Source of the DNA: Mobula hypostoma
Taxonomy: Eukaryota
NCBI RefSeq assembly: GCF_963921235.1
Contig: NC_086118.1
Location: 27,840,001 to 27,904,000 of the forward strand
Reading direction: 5' to 3'
DNA length: 64,000 nucleotides
The notes below the pieces were generated by a model. That model saw only the letters and a program-made list of their open reading frames with translations, was not told the DNA's origin and did no database searches. The position numbers and the translations under genes are program-made. Below, piece after piece: positions 62,341-64,000 of this stretch (position 1 is its first letter; each line of letters opens with the position of its first letter).

Positions 62341-64000
62341 GGGGGGGGGTGGGGTTATGTGGCGACCCACTTTCTGGCACCCACGAACCGGCTCACGAAA
62401 CAGCATGCGCAGGCAGAGGGCCGGCAGCAAAAAGGGCGCCAGGCCATCTTCACCAGCAGGGGGAAAATCCCGCGCGCAGAAAGGGTCTGGGAATATGCAT
62501 TCCCCACAGTAGTCCCGCCCAGGGAGGGCGGGAACGGGAAGGCTTTAAAGCGGGCCGCGAAGTTTGAATAAATCTCTTTCATCGCAACTCTAACTCACTG
62601 ACTCCGTGTGGTTATTCTAGCGCTGTGTGTAGCACATCGCTACACTACCACACTATACTTTGTACTTATTGTAAATTGACCTCTCTCTTTACCCTTTGTT
62701 AATTTGTACATGGTCAGTGTAATAAACCAGAATTTATTAGTCTTGAGTTTCTGCTTTTCAATTTTGCCTCGAACTCCTCAGAACCCACCAACAGACCTCT
62801 CTGCCTACTGCTAATGTAATCCATGACACTGGATCTTTCTCTTCCCTTGGGAAATTCTTCTCCACCCAGAAGAGATGCCTTTTAAAAATTGAGCCAGGCA
62901 GATAACACAAACTTCAGTGACTCACTGTCTTTGTGACAGAGAAGGGTGTCTGAGCACCTAATTATACTACATTTATCTTTTCTCCATTCTTCCTTCCCCA
63001 CCCAGCCCAAAATATCTCTATGTTCTGCCATGGTGCCCTGGACCAACACCCGACATGAACGAGAAAGAGAAAATAAAAGAGCAGACCATGCAAACAATAA
63101 AAGCAAGCAACCATTCCGATCCAAATTGAGTCCTTAGATCCAATCCTCAAAGCAGCCAAGGATAGGCCCAAAGCCTTGGTGTTAGCTCATCATATTAGCG
63201 GGCACGGTGTACAGCAGCCGGGGCAGTCTTCATAGACTCAGCCGCCATGGAGAGTGCAGGGTGAACATCATGGAGAGCGAGCAAAATTCCGGCACCCTGT
63301 CTTTCCAATCTATCTGGGCAGTTGTTTAAATTGCATAAACAATGTCTTGACCTCACATAGGACTTGGGCATCATTGTAGCAAAAGGCTCAGAGCCTACAC
63401 CATACTGCTGAGATTCTTCCTCCAGGCCCAGATTTTGCTACCCAGCCCAAAGCCTCTCTCAAACTCTTCAAATCGGTTTAGTTCCCAGAGTGACCCAACC
63501 TCACACAAGTCCATCGGAACTCCTCAACCTTGGCTTCTCCTCTCCGAAGGGCTCACTCCCTCCGTGTCAATGCTGCAATACACCAGCATCGTTCGTCCCT
63601 TGAACTTGCTTCACCTTCGCTCGCCTTTTCACTGTTTGCAGTTATAGTTCACCACAGTTTACTTGTGAGGTACCATGGAGGGATGCCTGGCACGGGGAAA
63701 ATTGGCAGAATCAGAATCAGGTTTATTAGTGCTCATGCGCCGGTCGTGCATGCAGCCTGGTACAGCCATTCCGATCTATTCTTTTACTTTCTTCTTCTTA
63801 CTTCTTAATTTACATTATTTTTGTTTTTTTTTTCTCACGGTAACACATCGAAGCTGCACCCTCTCTAACATGCTGGTAGAGAGGTTTTTATTTGGGTTTT
63901 CTTTAGTGCTGGAAATGGTTACATCCCAACACGTGGGACAGAAGCAAAGTCGCATTGTGTATTCCACGGACCAGCAAATCCTGGCCAGCTTAGCTAACAG

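Larger units (their letters stand above)
58284..62644 (+). mobile_element. Full-length Ty3/Gypsy LTR retrotransposon with 287-bp LTRs
   Basis: LTRs 58284-58570 and 62358-62644 (5 differences by eye); TSD CTAC; PBS TGGTGACCCCGACG (tRNA-Trp type) at 58573-58586; G-rich PPT at 62341-62354. Confidence 0.98.

Noticed and set aside
62650..64000. Probable further repeat fragments
   Set aside because: Could not be classified or bounded reliably from sequence alone.

Overview
Eukaryotic non-coding DNA from a cartilaginous fish, probably a ray (inferred from the repeat families present). It is almost entirely transposable elements, and no host-gene exon could be supported. LINEs: many CR1-clade and Rex1/Babar-type copies (one near-full-length CR1), RTE remnants and V-domain (HE1-like) SINEs. 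Penelope-like elements (PLEs): one 5'-truncated element with RT and GIY-YIG, plus short palindromic derivatives carrying minimal type I hammerhead ribozyme motifs. LTR elements: a near-intact Gypsy with a -1 frameshift signal (58284-62644), a non-autonomous Gmr1-like SCAN-Gag element (42792-47651) with a solo LTR of the same family (11004-11848), and a decayed chromovirus-like Gypsy. DNA transposon derivatives: a hAT element with an 8-bp TSD, two mariner palindromic MITEs, a piggyBac-like MITE and a Tigger-like remnant. Most notable: (i) the Gmr1-like element keeps its heavily deleted, catalytically dead pol as one ~968-aa reading frame broken by a single missing C; (ii) the TSD-flanked fold-back mini-elements are centred on a hammerhead motif. 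Boundaries of old fragments were read by eye and are approximate.
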